NCBI GenBank assembly: GCA_040754455.1
Contig: JBFMCP010000012.1
Coordinates: 27,268 to 69,214, forward strand
Origin: Nitrospirota bacterium
Lineage (GTDB): Bacteria; Nitrospirota; Thermodesulfovibrionia; Thermodesulfovibrionales; Dissulfurispiraceae
Direction: 5' to 3'
DNA: 41,947 nucleotides
Shown: piece by piece, positions 16,527 through 26,247 of the stretch
Numbering within the stretch: position 1 is the stretch's first letter
How the letters are laid out: the number at the start of each line of letters is the position of its first letter
Made by a program: the position numbers and the translations under genes
Notes under the pieces: model-generated
Told to the model about the DNA's origin: nothing
Databases searched by the model: none
Seen by the model: only the letters and a program-made list of their open reading frames with translations

Positions 16527-17066
16527 ATTTCAAGCATCATCATCGACGGCTACAATGTCATCGGCATCTTTCACAGTGATATAGAGAAGATGCGCGAGCA
16601 GTTCATCGATCTCCTGATCCGCTATAAACGGGTCAGGCAGCATGACATAACGGTAGTGTTTGACGGCCACAAAAGCGGCGCCGGTACCGAGCAGGTTGCG
16701 GTCCGCGGAGGGGTCAAGATCATCTATTCCCGTCTCGGCGTCCGCGCCGATGATGTCATCAAACGCATCATATCGCAGGACCGGAAGGAATGGATCGTCG
16801 TGAGCTCCGATAGAGACATCGTCCAACATGCCTGGTCGGTTAACTCTATTCCTATTCCCTCTGATGCCTTCTCTGCCATTGTCGAGAAGCAGAAAGGAGA
16901 TGCTGCGGTACCGGAGGATTCGGAGACCACAGACAAGGGCGAAAAGGAAGTGCCTCCCTCTATTGGTGAGAAGGACGATGAAGACTATGTCCAATCCAGC
17001 CGCGGCAACCCCTACCGCCTCTCGAAGAAAGAGAAGGCGATCAGACGGGCACTGGGCAAGCTGTAA
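16527..17066 (+). CDS. NYN/PIN-domain ribonuclease (YacP/Rae1-like), ATT start
   Basis: IIIDGYN, VVFDG, ADDVI, VVSSDR motifs. DGYN lies upstream of the ORF-track start; AAGGAGGT-N5-ATT; in-frame stop at 16512. Confidence 0.85.
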   Translation: MSSIIIDGYNVIGIFHSDIEKMREQFIDLLIRYKRVRQHDITVVFDGHKSGAGTEQVAVRGGVKIIYSRLGVRADDVIKRIISQDRKEWIVVSSDRDIVQHAWSVNSIPIPSDAFSAIVEKQKGDAAVPEDSETTDKGEKEVPPSIGEKDDEDYVQSSRGNPYRLSKKEKAIRRALGKL

Positions 17067-17067
17067 G

Positions 17068-17949
17068 ATGGCCTGGCTCCTGAAACTACGGCCCTCCGAC
17101 AGTGTGACGGTCGGCTTCAGCGCGTTTCTCTTAGTGCTTACGGCCGTTTTCTGGGAGAGGATTCCCGCTGCTCCCTCTCTCATCCTTATCTATATGTCGT
17201 TGGTTTTCTTCCAACTCGCACTTCTCAAACTGAGCAGGATGAATTCCTTTCTCGGCCTGACACGCGACATCATCTTTCCCGTTATCGCTGTTCTCGTCAT
17301 CTTCGACAGCCTCGGCCTGATCGTCCACAGCATCAATCCGCAGGATCTGGATTATCTCCTCATCAGGATCGATTATCTTATCTTCGGCGGCTACCCGACA
17401 ATTTTCTTGGAACAATTTCTGAATCCTTTTCTCACCGACCTTCTGCAGATCGCTTATTCGACCTACTACTTTTTGCCTGTAGCGCTCGGCCTTGCATTGA
17501 AGCTGAAAGGAAAGCGCGAGGAGTTCGAGCGGTCGCTCTTCCTTATCCTCTTCTGCTTCTATCTCTCCTATGTCGGCTATATCCTTGTTCCGGCGGTCGG
17601 GCCGCGCTACGCGATGGAGCACCTTCAGTCGCAGAGTGTCGACGGGTTTCTGATGGCAAAGCCGATACAGGATTTCCTGAACCTGCTGGAGGGCGTGAAG
17701 CGGGACGCCTTTCCCAGCGGCCATACCGGCATCGCCCTTACGGTGCTGGTGCTGGCGTACCGCTATGCGCGCGATCTCTTCCGGTGGATGCTGGTGCCGG
17801 TGCTGCTCCTGATTGTTGCTACCGTCTACTGCAGGTACCATTATGTCGTCGATGTCATCGGCGGGGTCGGACTGACGGTTGTCACAATGATTTTAGGTGA
17901 GGTATATTATAAGTTCTGGTTAAGTCGGAACGATGGAAATCCCTTATAA
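17068..17949 (+). CDS. PAP2 family membrane phosphatase / phosphoesterase (Aur1-like)
   Basis: VPAVGPR, DAFPSGH, YCRYHYVVDV; multiple TM helices; ATG 1 nt after the upstream stop. Confidence 0.88.
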   Translation: MAWLLKLRPSDSVTVGFSAFLLVLTAVFWERIPAAPSLILIYMSLVFFQLALLKLSRMNSFLGLTRDIIFPVIAVLVIFDSLGLIVHSINPQDLDYLLIRIDYLIFGGYPTIFLEQFLNPFLTDLLQIAYSTYYFLPVALGLALKLKGKREEFERSLFLILFCFYLSYVGYILVPAVGPRYAMEHLQSQSVDGFLMAKPIQDFLNLLEGVKRDAFPSGHTGIALTVLVLAYRYARDLFRWMLVPVLLLIVATVYCRYHYVVDVIGGVGLTVVTMILGEVYYKFWLSRNDGNPL

Positions 17950-18226
17950 TAAGGTAAAGGACGGGATCGTGATCGAGGTCAAGGTGATCCCCCGGTCCTC
18001 GAAAAAGGAAATCATCGGTACCGTCGATGCCACGGTCAAGATCAAGCTCACCGCCCCGCCGGTCGGGGGCGCAGCAAACGAACAGCTCATCGAACTCCTG
18101 GCCGACCGGTTCGGTGTAAAAAAGAGCGATATTACTATTATGAAAGGCGAATCATCAACGAGAAAGACAGTGAAGATTCGGGGGTACAGCTATGATTCAG
18201 AGCATGACCGGGTACGGCGTTGCTGA
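17933..18226 (+). CDS. DUF167 (YggU) family protein
   Basis: VKVIPRSSK, APPVGGAAN..LI..LA, GESSTRK. Confidence 0.88.
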   Translation: MEIPYNKVKDGIVIEVKVIPRSSKKEIIGTVDATVKIKLTAPPVGGAANEQLIELLADRFGVKKSDITIMKGESSTRKTVKIRGYSYDSEHDRVRRC

Positions 18227-19040
18227 ACGGGACGGGTTCAAGGTCGAAGTAAAGTCGTTGAACCACCGCTACATTGATGTCTCCGTACGGATGCCTTCCG
18301 CCCTGATGGAGCACGAAATACCTATACGGAACCTCATCAAGAGGACGTTTACCAGGGGTAAGATCGACGTTATGATATCGTTAACGGAACAGCGTCGCCT
18401 GAAAGTGCGCCTCAACAAGCAATTAGCAAAGGATCTCTATACCTCTTTCCGTGAGCTGCAGCGGGATATCTCAATTCCCGGCACCCTGACGATCGACTTC
18501 CTTTCGGGGTATCGGGAACTTGTCCTGGCCGAGGAGGCCGAATATAATAATGATGCGCTCTATGAAGCCCTCAGGGCCGCAGTTTCCCGTGTGGAGGAAA
18601 TGCGGAAGCAGGAGGGAGAGGCGCTCAGGAAGGAGCTGCTGCTGCATACCGAACGCATGGAGCACCTCCGGACCGAAGTGGAGCAGCGCGCGAAAGAGGT
18701 GGTGCCGCGCTACAAGGAGCGGCTTTTGCAGCGCATCGCGGAATTGCTCTCCTCTGCACCGGTTGATGAGACGAGACTTGCTCAGGAAGCCGCGATCATC
18801 GCCCAGAAGGGCGATATCACCGAGGAGGTGGCCCGGCTCAGGAGCCATATACAGCAATGCACTGTGCTCCTGTCACAGGAGGAGGCGGTCGGCAGAAAGC
18901 TCGACTTCCTTATACAGGAGATGAACAGGGAAGCGAATACGATCGCCTCAAAGGTCGACGATGTTGCCATTACCGCTCTGGCAATAGAGATGAAGACGAC
19001 CATCGAAAAGTTGCGGGAGCAGATCCAGAATATTCAGTAG
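18192..19040 (+). CDS. yicC: YicC/YloC family endoribonuclease
   Basis: [56 protein letters not shown]. Confidence 0.95.
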   Translation: MIQSMTGYGVAERDGFKVEVKSLNHRYIDVSVRMPSALMEHEIPIRNLIKRTFTRGKIDVMISLTEQRRLKVRLNKQLAKDLYTSFRELQRDISIPGTLTIDFLSGYRELVLAEEAEYNNDALYEALRAAVSRVEEMRKQEGEALRKELLLHTERMEHLRTEVEQRAKEVVPRYKERLLQRIAELLSSAPVDETRLAQEAAIIAQKGDITEEVARLRSHIQQCTVLLSQEEAVGRKLDFLIQEMNREANTIASKVDDVAITALAIEMKTTIEKLREQIQNIQ

Positions 19041-19056
19041 GGGGCTTGGCACGGCA

Positions 19057-19341
19057 ATGAAAGGCTCGTTGATCAACATAGGGTTCGGCAATGTCATCCA
19101 CTCCTCCAGGGTAGTGGCGATTGTAAATCCCGGATCGTCTCCTATCAGAAAAATGAGGGAGGAGGCGCGTGAGCGCGGCAAGCTCATCGACGCCACTGAA
19201 GGGAGGAAGACGCGCTCCATTATCGTTACCGACAGCGATCATATTATTCTCTCCGCGATTCAGGTGGAGACCATAGCGCAGCGCGTCGGAGGATTTAAGG
19301 AAGGGGGCGAGGGGCTTTTTTATGAAACCGAGGAGGGGTAG
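19057..19341 (+). CDS. remA: DUF370 / RemA family protein
   Basis: [35 protein letters not shown]; yicC-remA-gmk synteny. Confidence 0.9.
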   Translation: MKGSLINIGFGNVIHSSRVVAIVNPGSSPIRKMREEARERGKLIDATEGRKTRSIIVTDSDHIILSAIQVETIAQRVGGFKEGGEGLFYETEEG

Positions 19342-19942
19342 CCTCTTTGTGATATCCGCACCCTCCGGTGCAGGGAAGACTACCCTCTGCCAGAGGCTCT
19401 GTGAACGCCTCTCCGGCATTAAGCATTCTGTCTCGTTTACGACGCGGGAGCCGAGGCCCGGAGAGCTCAATGATGTCCACTATACCTTTGTGGACAAAGA
19501 TACGTTCCGCGCCATGGCAGCGCAAGGAGACTTCGTCGAATGGGCGGAGGTGCACGGCAACTTTTACGGGACTTCACGGAAAAGGATCGAGGAAATGTTG
19601 AGCGCGGGCCTGGATGTGCTCCTCGATATCGATGTCCAGGGCGCGCGCCAGATACGGCAGAACGCTGCCGACTGCCGCTTTATCTTTATCCTTCCGCCTT
19701 CGATGGAGGTGCTCAGGATGCGGCTTGCCGGCAGGATGAGCGATACCGAAGAGGTCATCGAGCGGAGATTACGGAATGCCGTCAAGGAGATAGGCGAGTA
19801 TAAAAATTACGATTATGTTATTATAAACGATATCTTTGAAGAAGCCCTGACCGATCTGGTCGCCATTGTGCGTTCTGAACGGTGTGCGATTTCGAAGGTG
19901 GATCACGCATGGATAGAACAACAATTTTTGAAGGAGGGTTAG
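19322..19942 (+). CDS. gmk: Guanylate kinase
   Basis: [38 protein letters not shown]. Confidence 0.97.
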   Translation: MKPRRGSLFVISAPSGAGKTTLCQRLCERLSGIKHSVSFTTREPRPGELNDVHYTFVDKDTFRAMAAQGDFVEWAEVHGNFYGTSRKRIEEMLSAGLDVLLDIDVQGARQIRQNAADCRFIFILPPSMEVLRMRLAGRMSDTEEVIERRLRNAVKEIGEYKNYDYVIINDIFEEALTDLVAIVRSERCAISKVDHAWIEQQFLKEG

Positions 19943-19946
19943 GAGT

Positions 19947-20348
19947 ATGGATTTAATATCGCTTCCTATCGAGTACGATAAGGATAAGATAGACAGCAGA
20001 TACAGGCTTGTGGTGATCGCTGCGCAGCGGGCACGGGAGCTCTCGCTCGGCTCGACGCCGAAGGTTCAGGCCAAGGCAAAGAAGGTGACCACCAACGCTC
20101 TTCTCGAGACGATTACCGGCAAGATCGAGTTCCTCACCGGCAGCGATGCGGTCGCGGCAAAGGAAAAGGCTGAGCGGATCGACTACAAAAAGCTGATCGA
20201 GGAGAGGAGGAGACCCATTGAGGACCTTTCCGAGCTGGAGAAAGATCTGAAAGTCTACCTCCATGAGAAAGGCGCCACGGAAAAGGCGCTGGAGGAGCTC
20301 TTCAGCGAGACCGAGGAGACAGAAGAGGGCGAAGAGAGCGAAGAGTAA
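19947..20348 (+). CDS. rpoZ: RNA polymerase omega subunit with acidic C-terminal extension
   Basis: IDSRYRLVVIAAQRAREL; lies between gmk and coaBC. Confidence 0.92.
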   Translation: MDLISLPIEYDKDKIDSRYRLVVIAAQRARELSLGSTPKVQAKAKKVTTNALLETITGKIEFLTGSDAVAAKEKAERIDYKKLIEERRRPIEDLSELEKDLKVYLHEKGATEKALEELFSETEETEEGEESEE

Positions 20349-20376
20349 GCCGCTCTTCCCGAACGGAGAGGATACC

Positions 20377-21552
20377 GTGCTGAAAGGTAAGTCTATACTT
20401 TTGGGAATCACCGGGAGTGTAGCTGCTTATAAAGCGATCGAGCTTATCAAGAGGTTACGGCAGGAAGAGGCTTCTGTCACGGTGATAATGACAGAGGCCT
20501 CAAAACGTTTTATCACCCCCCTTTCCCTTGAGGTCGCCGCGGGGGAGCGCGTCTATGACGATATGTTCGCCGCTCCCCTCTCCCACGTAAGTCTTCCCGC
20601 AGGCGCCGACTGCTTTATCATCGCTCCTGCAACGGCGAACATCATCAGCAAATACGCGAACGGCATTGCCGACGATATGCTCAGCACAACCCTCCTCGCT
20701 TTTAATAAAAAGGTGATCATCGCACCGGCGATGAATTGGCGGATGTACGAAAACCAGATCTTCCAGAAACATCTCCACTATCTCTCCTCCCTCGGCGTGG
20801 CTATGGTCGGACCGGAACGCGGCAATCTCGCCTGCGGCGAAGAGGGGATGGGCAGGATGGCTGATGTGGAGAGCATTGTTGAGGCGGCTGTTTCCGCCCT
20901 GGTGGAAAAGGACCTCGCCGGAGAGCAGGTGCTGGTGACCGCAGGACCTACGCGGGAGTACCTCGATCCGGTACGGTTCCTATCGAACCGGTCTTCCGGC
21001 AAGATGGGCTATGCCCTTGCCAAGATCGCAAAGCGCCGGGGTGCCGAAGTCACACTGGTGAGCGGCCCGACAGCCATAAAGCCCCCCGAGGGAGTCGACC
21101 TGATCAGGGTAGAGACCGCTCAGGAGATGTATACCGCGGTCATGGACAACATCCCCATGTCCACCCTTTTCATCATGTCCGCTGCGGTCGCCGATTTTGC
21201 CCCCCTCGAAACGAAAAGCACCAAGATCGAGAAGAAGGAGAAATTCTCGCTGAACCTTATAAAGACAACGGACATCCTTGCAGAGGTAGGAAAGCTCAAG
21301 AAAAAGCCCTTCACCGTCGGGTTTGCCGCCGAGACCGGCAGCAGGATCGACCGGGCGCGCAAGAAGCTCCTGGGCAAGGATGTGGACATGATCGTCTTCA
21401 ATGATGTCTCGAAAAAGGGCGCAGGGTTTGACGTCGATACCAACGAGGTGGTGCTCATTGATCGCGAGCACGAGCTCCCATTGCCGATGATGTCCAAAGA
21501 GAATATAGCCGTTGCGATATTCGACAGGATACTGGCGGTCAAGAACGGATAA
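20377..21552 (+). CDS. coaBC: Phosphopantothenoylcysteine decarboxylase/ligase
   Basis: GITGSVAAYK, APATAN, PAMN, LACGEEGMGR, SNRSSGKMG, GFAAET; GTG start after GGAGAGG. Confidence 0.96.
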   Translation: MLKGKSILLGITGSVAAYKAIELIKRLRQEEASVTVIMTEASKRFITPLSLEVAAGERVYDDMFAAPLSHVSLPAGADCFIIAPATANIISKYANGIADDMLSTTLLAFNKKVIIAPAMNWRMYENQIFQKHLHYLSSLGVAMVGPERGNLACGEEGMGRMADVESIVEAAVSALVEKDLAGEQVLVTAGPTREYLDPVRFLSNRSSGKMGYALAKIAKRRGAEVTLVSGPTAIKPPEGVDLIRVETAQEMYTAVMDNIPMSTLFIMSAAVADFAPLETKSTKIEKKEKFSLNLIKTTDILAEVGKLKKKPFTVGFAAETGSRIDRARKKLLGKDVDMIVFNDVSKKGAGFDVDTNEVVLIDREHELPLPMMSKENIAVAIFDRILAVKNG

Positions 21553-21559
21553 AACTTTC

Positions 21560-22507
21560 ATGAAAAGCATAGAGCAGAGCCCCTATATAAAGCGCTTAAA
21601 GGAGCGCCTCAGCGAGCGCCCGGATTCGAAACTCTTTCTTTCCCTCGCCGAAGAGCTCAGAAAGGCGGAGCGGATCGATGAGGCGATCACGCTGCTGGTG
21701 GAGGGGGTAAGGAAAAACCCTGATTTCGTGGCCGCTCATGTGACACTCGGCCGCTGGTATCTCTCGAAGGGCATGATTGCCGAGGCAAAAGAGGAGTTTC
21801 TCGAGGCAGCGGAGCGCTCTCCCCAGAACATCTTCGCCCGTAAGGGTCTCGTTGAAGCATATAAGAGGCTCGGTGACGCTGAGCGGGCCATTGCGGAATG
21901 CAAAAGGATTCTTGCAACGGATCCCCTCGATGAAGAGGCGCGCACCTGTCTCTCGCACTTCGATTGCTCGATTGAGAGCGCGGAAGGGCGGACGTCTGTC
22001 GCTGAGGACGAAGACGAAGTGCGTGCAGCGGTCGAACCTTTGGAAGCACAACAGATGCTCGAACGTGCGGACCCGGAGGGAGAGAGCGCAGGTGCCAGGT
22101 ATGAGAGCGATGCTGCTTCCATTTCTCCTGATCTGAGCAGTTCCGCACCCGCATCAGGAGCGGAACAAGCTCCCGGTCCTCCTCATCTTCCCGTTTCAGA
22201 ACTGATACGCGAGGCTGATGTATATATTGCCGAAGGACGCTTTGCAAAGGCCATGCAGCTCTACCACCGCATACTCTCCTCCAATCCGGATCAAAAGACC
22301 GTACTCCAGAAGAGAGAGGAACTCAGATTCCTGATGAGGCTGACAGGCTATGATAGCGGACGTATCGTTGCCCGGCTCAACCGGTTTTCTGAACTCATAA
22401 AAGAGCGATTTGCCAGACAGCGGGCACAGCGCAGGGAGATTGCCGTGGGCCGTCTCACAAGACTCCTGGGAGCGATGCGCTCTCTGGGGCAGGCACAAGC
22501 TTCCTGA
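21560..22507 (+). CDS. Tetratricopeptide repeat protein
   Basis: PDSKLFLSLAEELRK...NPDFVAAHVTLGRWY TPR pattern, acidic linker, further TPR. Confidence 0.8.
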   Translation: MKSIEQSPYIKRLKERLSERPDSKLFLSLAEELRKAERIDEAITLLVEGVRKNPDFVAAHVTLGRWYLSKGMIAEAKEEFLEAAERSPQNIFARKGLVEAYKRLGDAERAIAECKRILATDPLDEEARTCLSHFDCSIESAEGRTSVAEDEDEVRAAVEPLEAQQMLERADPEGESAGARYESDAASISPDLSSSAPASGAEQAPGPPHLPVSELIREADVYIAEGRFAKAMQLYHRILSSNPDQKTVLQKREELRFLMRLTGYDSGRIVARLNRFSELIKERFARQRAQRREIAVGRLTRLLGAMRSLGQAQAS

Positions 22508-22508
22508 A

Positions 22509-22580
22509 GCTTTCAGCTCTCAGCAGTCAGCTTTCAGTAAAAACCTGCTCTTTCCTTTTGTTGTGATGACCGCTGAAAGC
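22509..22580. repeat. Heptamer tandem-inverted repeat (GCTTTCA type)
   Basis: GCTTTCA GCTCTCA GCAGTCA GCTTTCA ... TGACCGC TGAAAGC. Confidence 0.75.
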
Positions 22581-22605
22581 TCACAAAACTTTAAGGAGAT
22601 CATCC

Positions 22606-23682
22606 ATGAGCCGATATGCCTCAAGATTGCAGCATGTCCAGAGGCTGCTTACCCGGAAGAAGATCGACGCGCTCTACGTGGGCGCCATAAAGAATGTCCG
22701 CTATCTCACTGGCTTTACCGGATCCTCCGGCTTTGTCCTGATCTCCCGTGACCGGGGCGTGTTCGTTACCGACTTCCGCTACCAGGAGCAGGCCGGCAAT
22801 GAGGTCAAAGGCTATGAAATCGAGATAGAGAGAGGCAAGCGGATAAAGGTACTGCAGGCACTGCTCAAAAAGCTGGGCGCCAAGCGGCTCGGCTTCGAGA
22901 CTTCACTCTCTTATGAATTTTACGCCCTGCTGAAGACACTACCGCTGGTGCTGTCTCCGCAATCCAACCTCATCGAGAATCTGAGAAAGGTCAAAGATGC
23001 GGAGGAAGTTGCAGCCATACGGGAAGCGGTGAGGAGGGCTGAAGAGGCTTTTTTGGCAGTCAAGCCGAGAATAAAGGCCGGCGTGCGGGAACGGGACATC
23101 GCCCTGAGGCTTGAGGAGCAGCTCAAAAAGACGGGATGCAGGAGCATCCCTTTTGATATAATAGTTGCTTCCGGAAATAACGCCTCCATGCCCCATGCAC
23201 GCGCTACAGAAAAGAAAATCGCAAAAGGCGATTTTGTTATAATTGACTGGGGCGGAGAGGCAGACGGGTATTTCTCTGACATGACCAGGACACTTCTTAT
23301 GTCGGGCGAGGCCCTTTCCGAAAAGAGAGCCGTCTACGAAGTGGTCAACAGCGCACGGGAAAAGGCGGTGCAATCGGTAAAAAAAGGCGTTACGACACGG
23401 GCCGTCGATGCCGCTGCGCGGGACACCATCAAAAAGGCGGGATACGGTGACTTCTTTGGCCACGGCACTGGTCACGGTATCGGCCTGGATGTCCATGAAG
23501 CGCCGCGGGTATCGTGGCTCAGGAGCGAGCGTATTGCCGACGGTACGGTCTTTACCATTGAGCCCGGCATCTATATCCCGCACCTCGGCGGGGTGCGGAT
23601 CGAAGACATGGTGCTGATGGAGAAGGGAAAAGGTGTAGTATTAACGACTCTCGGCAGAGAGCTCGAAATAATTCGTACATAG
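22606..23682 (+). CDS. Xaa-Pro aminopeptidase (M24B)
   Basis: RYLTGFTGS, TDFRY, YFSDMTRT, HGTGHGIGLDVHE, TIEPGIY, GVRIED. Confidence 0.95.
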   Translation: MSRYASRLQHVQRLLTRKKIDALYVGAIKNVRYLTGFTGSSGFVLISRDRGVFVTDFRYQEQAGNEVKGYEIEIERGKRIKVLQALLKKLGAKRLGFETSLSYEFYALLKTLPLVLSPQSNLIENLRKVKDAEEVAAIREAVRRAEEAFLAVKPRIKAGVRERDIALRLEEQLKKTGCRSIPFDIIVASGNNASMPHARATEKKIAKGDFVIIDWGGEADGYFSDMTRTLLMSGEALSEKRAVYEVVNSAREKAVQSVKKGVTTRAVDAAARDTIKKAGYGDFFGHGTGHGIGLDVHEAPRVSWLRSERIADGTVFTIEPGIYIPHLGGVRIEDMVLMEKGKGVVLTTLGRELEIIRT

Positions 23683-23743
23683 TTCACCGCTCATGGTTCA
23701 TGTACTATGAGTAACAATGAACGATGAACTATAAACTATGAAC
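23682..23743. repeat. Heptamer tandem-inverted repeat (GTTCAT/ATGAAC type)
   Basis: GTTCACC GCTCATG GTTCATG ... CAATGAA CGATGAA CTATAAA CTATGAA. Confidence 0.75.
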
Positions 23744-23762
23744 CGATAGTAGGAGGTTTCAC

Positions 23763-24332
23763 TTGATTACAACGAGCGATTTCAGAAAGGGTGCAAAGAT
23801 AGAGTACAAAGGCGAGCCCTGCGAGATTATCGACTTCCAGCATTCCAAAGTGGGGAGGGGCGGCGCGGTGGTGAGGACCAAACTGCGGAATATCAGAACA
23901 GGCAGTGTCCTTGAAGATACCTTCAGGTCAGGAGAAAAGTTCGATTCTCCCCAGCTCGAGGAGAAAGACATGCAGTATCTTTATGTCCAGGACGATATGC
24001 ACTATTTCATGGATATGGAAAGTTATGAGCAGGTCCCTCTGACCGATGTGCAGCTCGGCGATGCGAAGAAATTCATTAAAGAGAACATGATCGTAAAGAT
24101 CCTCTATTATAAAGGCGCCCCCCTGTCGGTCGAGCCCCCTATGTTTGTGGAGCTCGCAGTGGCCGAGACCGAGCCTGCCTTCAGAGGAGACACTGCCTCG
24201 GGCAGCACCAAGCCGGCGAAGCTCGAGACCGGCGCTGTGGTCAAAGTCCCGTTCCACATTATGACGGGCGATGTCATCAAAGTCGATACGAGGACGTCGG
24301 AGTACATTGAGAAAGTAGGAAGTGGGAAGTAA
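23763..24332 (+). CDS. efp: Elongation factor P, Arg-tip type (KVGRGGA)
   Basis: TTG start after AGGAGGT; QYLY, GDTA, KPAKLETG, VDTR..EY; pepQ-efp-accBC context. Confidence 0.97.
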   Translation: MITTSDFRKGAKIEYKGEPCEIIDFQHSKVGRGGAVVRTKLRNIRTGSVLEDTFRSGEKFDSPQLEEKDMQYLYVQDDMHYFMDMESYEQVPLTDVQLGDAKKFIKENMIVKILYYKGAPLSVEPPMFVELAVAETEPAFRGDTASGSTKPAKLETGAVVKVPFHIMTGDVIKVDTRTSEYIEKVGSGK

Positions 24333-24396
24333 ATAAGTGAGAAGTAACGTGAAAGATAAAAATTACTTCTTACTTCCTACTTCTCACTTCCCACTT
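24313..24396. repeat. Heptamer tandem-inverted repeat (AAGTRRG/CYYACTT type)
   Basis: AAGTAGG AAGTGGG AAGTAAA..AAGTGAG then TTACTTC TTACTTC CTACTTC TCACTTC CCACTT; left arm overlaps the last efp codons. Confidence 0.85.
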
Positions 24397-24414
24397 TAAT
24401 TACGGAGGGTGATA

Positions 24415-24852
24415 ATGGAGCTCGATGAGTTAAAGGAATTGATGGGGCTTTTAAAAGACACGGATATTACCGAACTGCAGGTTGAAAAGGACGGCTTCAA
24501 GGTCAGGATACGGCGTGAAAAATTTTTCGGGCATCTCGAGGTCCGTCAGCCGACACCGGCCGAGAGAAAAGAGGTGGTCGAAGAGGAAACACCCGAAGCA
24601 GAAAAGAAGCTCTTCACCGTCACCTCTCCTATTGTGGGAACGCTCTACCGCTCGGCTTCTCCCGAAGCTGAACCCTTTGTCGAAGTAGGGTCGCGGGTAA
24701 GAAAGGGCCAGGTCCTCTGCATCATCGAAGCAATGAAACTGATGAACGAAATAGAGAGCGAAGTCGACGGCATTGTGGTGAAGATACTCGTTGAAAATGG
24801 GCATCCCGTCGAATACGGTGAGCCGCTCTTCCTGATCGACCCGGCAGGTTAG
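24415..24852 (+). CDS. accB: Acetyl-CoA carboxylase biotin carboxyl carrier protein
   Basis: [18 protein letters not shown] biotinylation motif, VEYGEPLF. Confidence 0.96.
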   Translation: MELDELKELMGLLKDTDITELQVEKDGFKVRIRREKFFGHLEVRQPTPAERKEVVEEETPEAEKKLFTVTSPIVGTLYRSASPEAEPFVEVGSRVRKGQVLCIIEAMKLMNEIESEVDGIVVKILVENGHPVEYGEPLFLIDPAG

Positions 24853-24858
24853 GCAGGC

Positions 24859-26247
24859 ATGAAACTGTTCAAGAAGATACTGATCGCAAACCGCGGCGAG
24901 ATCGCCGTGCGCGTCATCCGTGCCTGCAAGGAACTCGGCATCAGGACGGTCGCCATCTATTCCGATATAGAAAGAGAGTCGCTCCATGTAAGGCTTGCCG
25001 ATGAGTCCATCTGTATCGGCCCGGCGAGCCCGATACAAAGCTATCTCAATATCCCGGCGATCCTGAGTGCCGCTGAGCTTACCGATTCAGAGGCGATCCA
25101 TCCTGGTTACGGGTTCCTCTCAGAAAATCCCCAATTTGTCGAGGCCTGCGCCACCTCGGGAATCACCTTTATCGGGCCTACCCCTGAAAATATGCGCGTC
25201 GGCGGCGACAAGGCAAAGGCGCGACAGGTTATGAAGCGCCGCGGCATACCCGTGGTCCCGGGCAGCGACGGTCCTGTAGCGACCGAAGAGATCGCCCTGA
25301 AGACCGCAAAGAAGATAGGATTTCCGGTTATTATTAAGGCATCGGCCGGCGGCGGCGGCAGGGGAATGCGCATTGTCAGCGAAGAGGAAGAGCTCTCCCA
25401 GGCGTTTCACATGGCGCAGAGAGAGTCGCTTGCAGCCTTCGGCAGCAGCGAAGTGTATGTCGAGAAATACCTTCCCTCCATACGGCATGTCGAGGTCCAA
25501 ATAATTTCTGACGGGAAGGGCAACGTGATCCATCTTGGAGAGCGCGATTGTTCGATACAGCGGCGGCACCAGAAGCTCATCGAAGAGGCTCCTTCTCCTA
25601 TTGCTACCGAGAAGTTCCGCAAAAAGATCGGCGAGCTTGCCGTACGTGCGGCAAAGGCGATGAAGTACAAGAACGTCGGCACCATCGAGTTTATTGTTGA
25701 TCAGGAGCAGAATATTTATTTCATGGAAATCAATACGAGGGTCCAGGTTGAACACCCGATCACCGAGGAACTGACCGGTATCGATATTATCAAGGAACAG
25801 ATCAAGATAGCGGCGGGATTCCCTCTCGCCTATAAACAGAATCAGGTAAAGGCCGCAGGGCATTCTATGGAGTGCAGGATCAATGCAGAGGATCCGGAAC
25901 GGTTCATTCCCTCTCCAGGAAAGCTAACGCTCTTCATGCCGCCGGGAGGGCCCGGGATACGGATCGATACTGCCGCCTATACCGGTTGGGTGGTGCCGCC
26001 GCAGTATGACTCCATGATCGCGAAGCTCGTTGTCCACGGCAAGAACAGAGAAGAGGCGATTGCGAAGATGAAGCGAGCCCTCGATGAATTCATTATTGAG
26101 GGGATCAAGACGACGATTCCCTTCCATAAGAAGGTACTCAACCATCCTGATTTCATCAAGGGCAACTTCAATACCCACTTCATAGAAAGAATGGCTGAAT
26201 CAGAGGGAGGTTCCGAGCCGGGCAAAAACGGGGGCACCGCGGAGTGA
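24859..26247 (+). CDS. accC: Biotin carboxylase
   Basis: IANRGEIA, HPGYGFLSEN, GGGGRGMR, RDCSIQRRHQK, EINTRVQVEHP, YDSMIAKL. Confidence 0.97.
   Translation: MKLFKKILIANRGEIAVRVIRACKELGIRTVAIYSDIERESLHVRLADESICIGPASPIQSYLNIPAILSAAELTDSEAIHPGYGFLSENPQFVEACATSGITFIGPTPENMRVGGDKAKARQVMKRRGIPVVPGSDGPVATEEIALKTAKKIGFPVIIKASAGGGGRGMRIVSEEEELSQAFHMAQRESLAAFGSSEVYVEKYLPSIRHVEVQIISDGKGNVIHLGERDCSIQRRHQKLIEEAPSPIATEKFRKKIGELAVRAAKAMKYKNVGTIEFIVDQEQNIYFMEINTRVQVEHPITEELTGIDIIKEQIKIAAGFPLAYKQNQVKAAGHSMECRINAEDPERFIPSPGKLTLFMPPGGPGIRIDTAAYTGWVVPPQYDSMIAKLVVHGKNREEAIAKMKRALDEFIIEGIKTTIPFHKKVLNHPDFIKGNFNTHFIERMAESEGGSEPGKNGGTAE

Noticed and set aside
24313..24396. Repeat arrays as CRISPR or IS ends
   Set aside because: Units are 7 nt with no unique spacers, and no cas or transposase gene is present.
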